Shown: in pieces, positions 63,979 to 64,000 of the stretch
How the letters are laid out: each line of letters starts with the position of its first letter
Numbering within the stretch: the stretch's first letter is position 1
Source of the DNA: Lingula anatina
Taxonomy: Eukaryota; Animalia; Brachiopoda
Direction of reading: 5' to 3'
Assembly: GCA_051362555.1 (NCBI GenBank)
Contig: CM120640.1
Span: 49,082,788 to 49,146,787 of the forward strand
Length of the DNA: 64,000 bases
The notes under the pieces: generated by a model
What the model was told of the DNA's origin: nothing
Seen by the model: only the letters and a program-made list of their open reading frames with translations
The model's database searches: none
Translations under genes and position numbers: made by a program

Positions 63979-64000
63979 GTGAGTCCTGGTAATCTCATTT

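Noticed and set aside
63606-63992. 128-aa ORF as a separate gene or as the DUOXA tail frame
   Set aside because: It starts in intron sequence, and splice phase from the preceding exon indicates a different frame (VSAPVPKFRKR...).
1-64000. tRNA, rRNA, snRNA genes, retroelement ORFs or a prokaryotic defence system
   Set aside because: None recognised by eye; small ncRNAs cannot be excluded without an Infernal/Rfam or tRNAscan-SE run.

Overview
AT-rich, intron-rich animal (invertebrate) nuclear DNA; the taxon cannot be fixed from sequence alone, although a lophotrochozoan/mollusc-like genome is plausible. Most entries in the ORF track are exon fragments or noise. Five spliced genes can be assembled by hand: BRD8 (minus, ~1035-12190), a clarin-family tetraspan gene (plus, 12569-18908) divergent from BRD8, a SERINC5-like gene (plus, 22338-31433), an apparently intact dual oxidase DUOX (minus, ~29 exons, 33779-57832), and its maturation factor DUOXA (plus, from 58780, running off the window) head-to-head with DUOX. 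Introns hold many non-autonomous DNA transposons, including a 3.8-kb Academ-like element (TAG...CTA ends, TTA TSD) and a 4.3-kb element with an 8-bp TSD filled with nested MITEs. The most notable observations are a long DUOXA cytoplasmic tail dense in signalling motifs (YVPM, YENP, YENV, RKRAAT, PRPTPR), the DUOX/DUOXA bidirectional pair in an invertebrate, a degenerate second DUOX EF-hand, a promoter-like island inside a DUOX intron, and a visible CpG contrast between DUOX and DUOXA. Exon coordinates were read by eye and may be off by a few bases.
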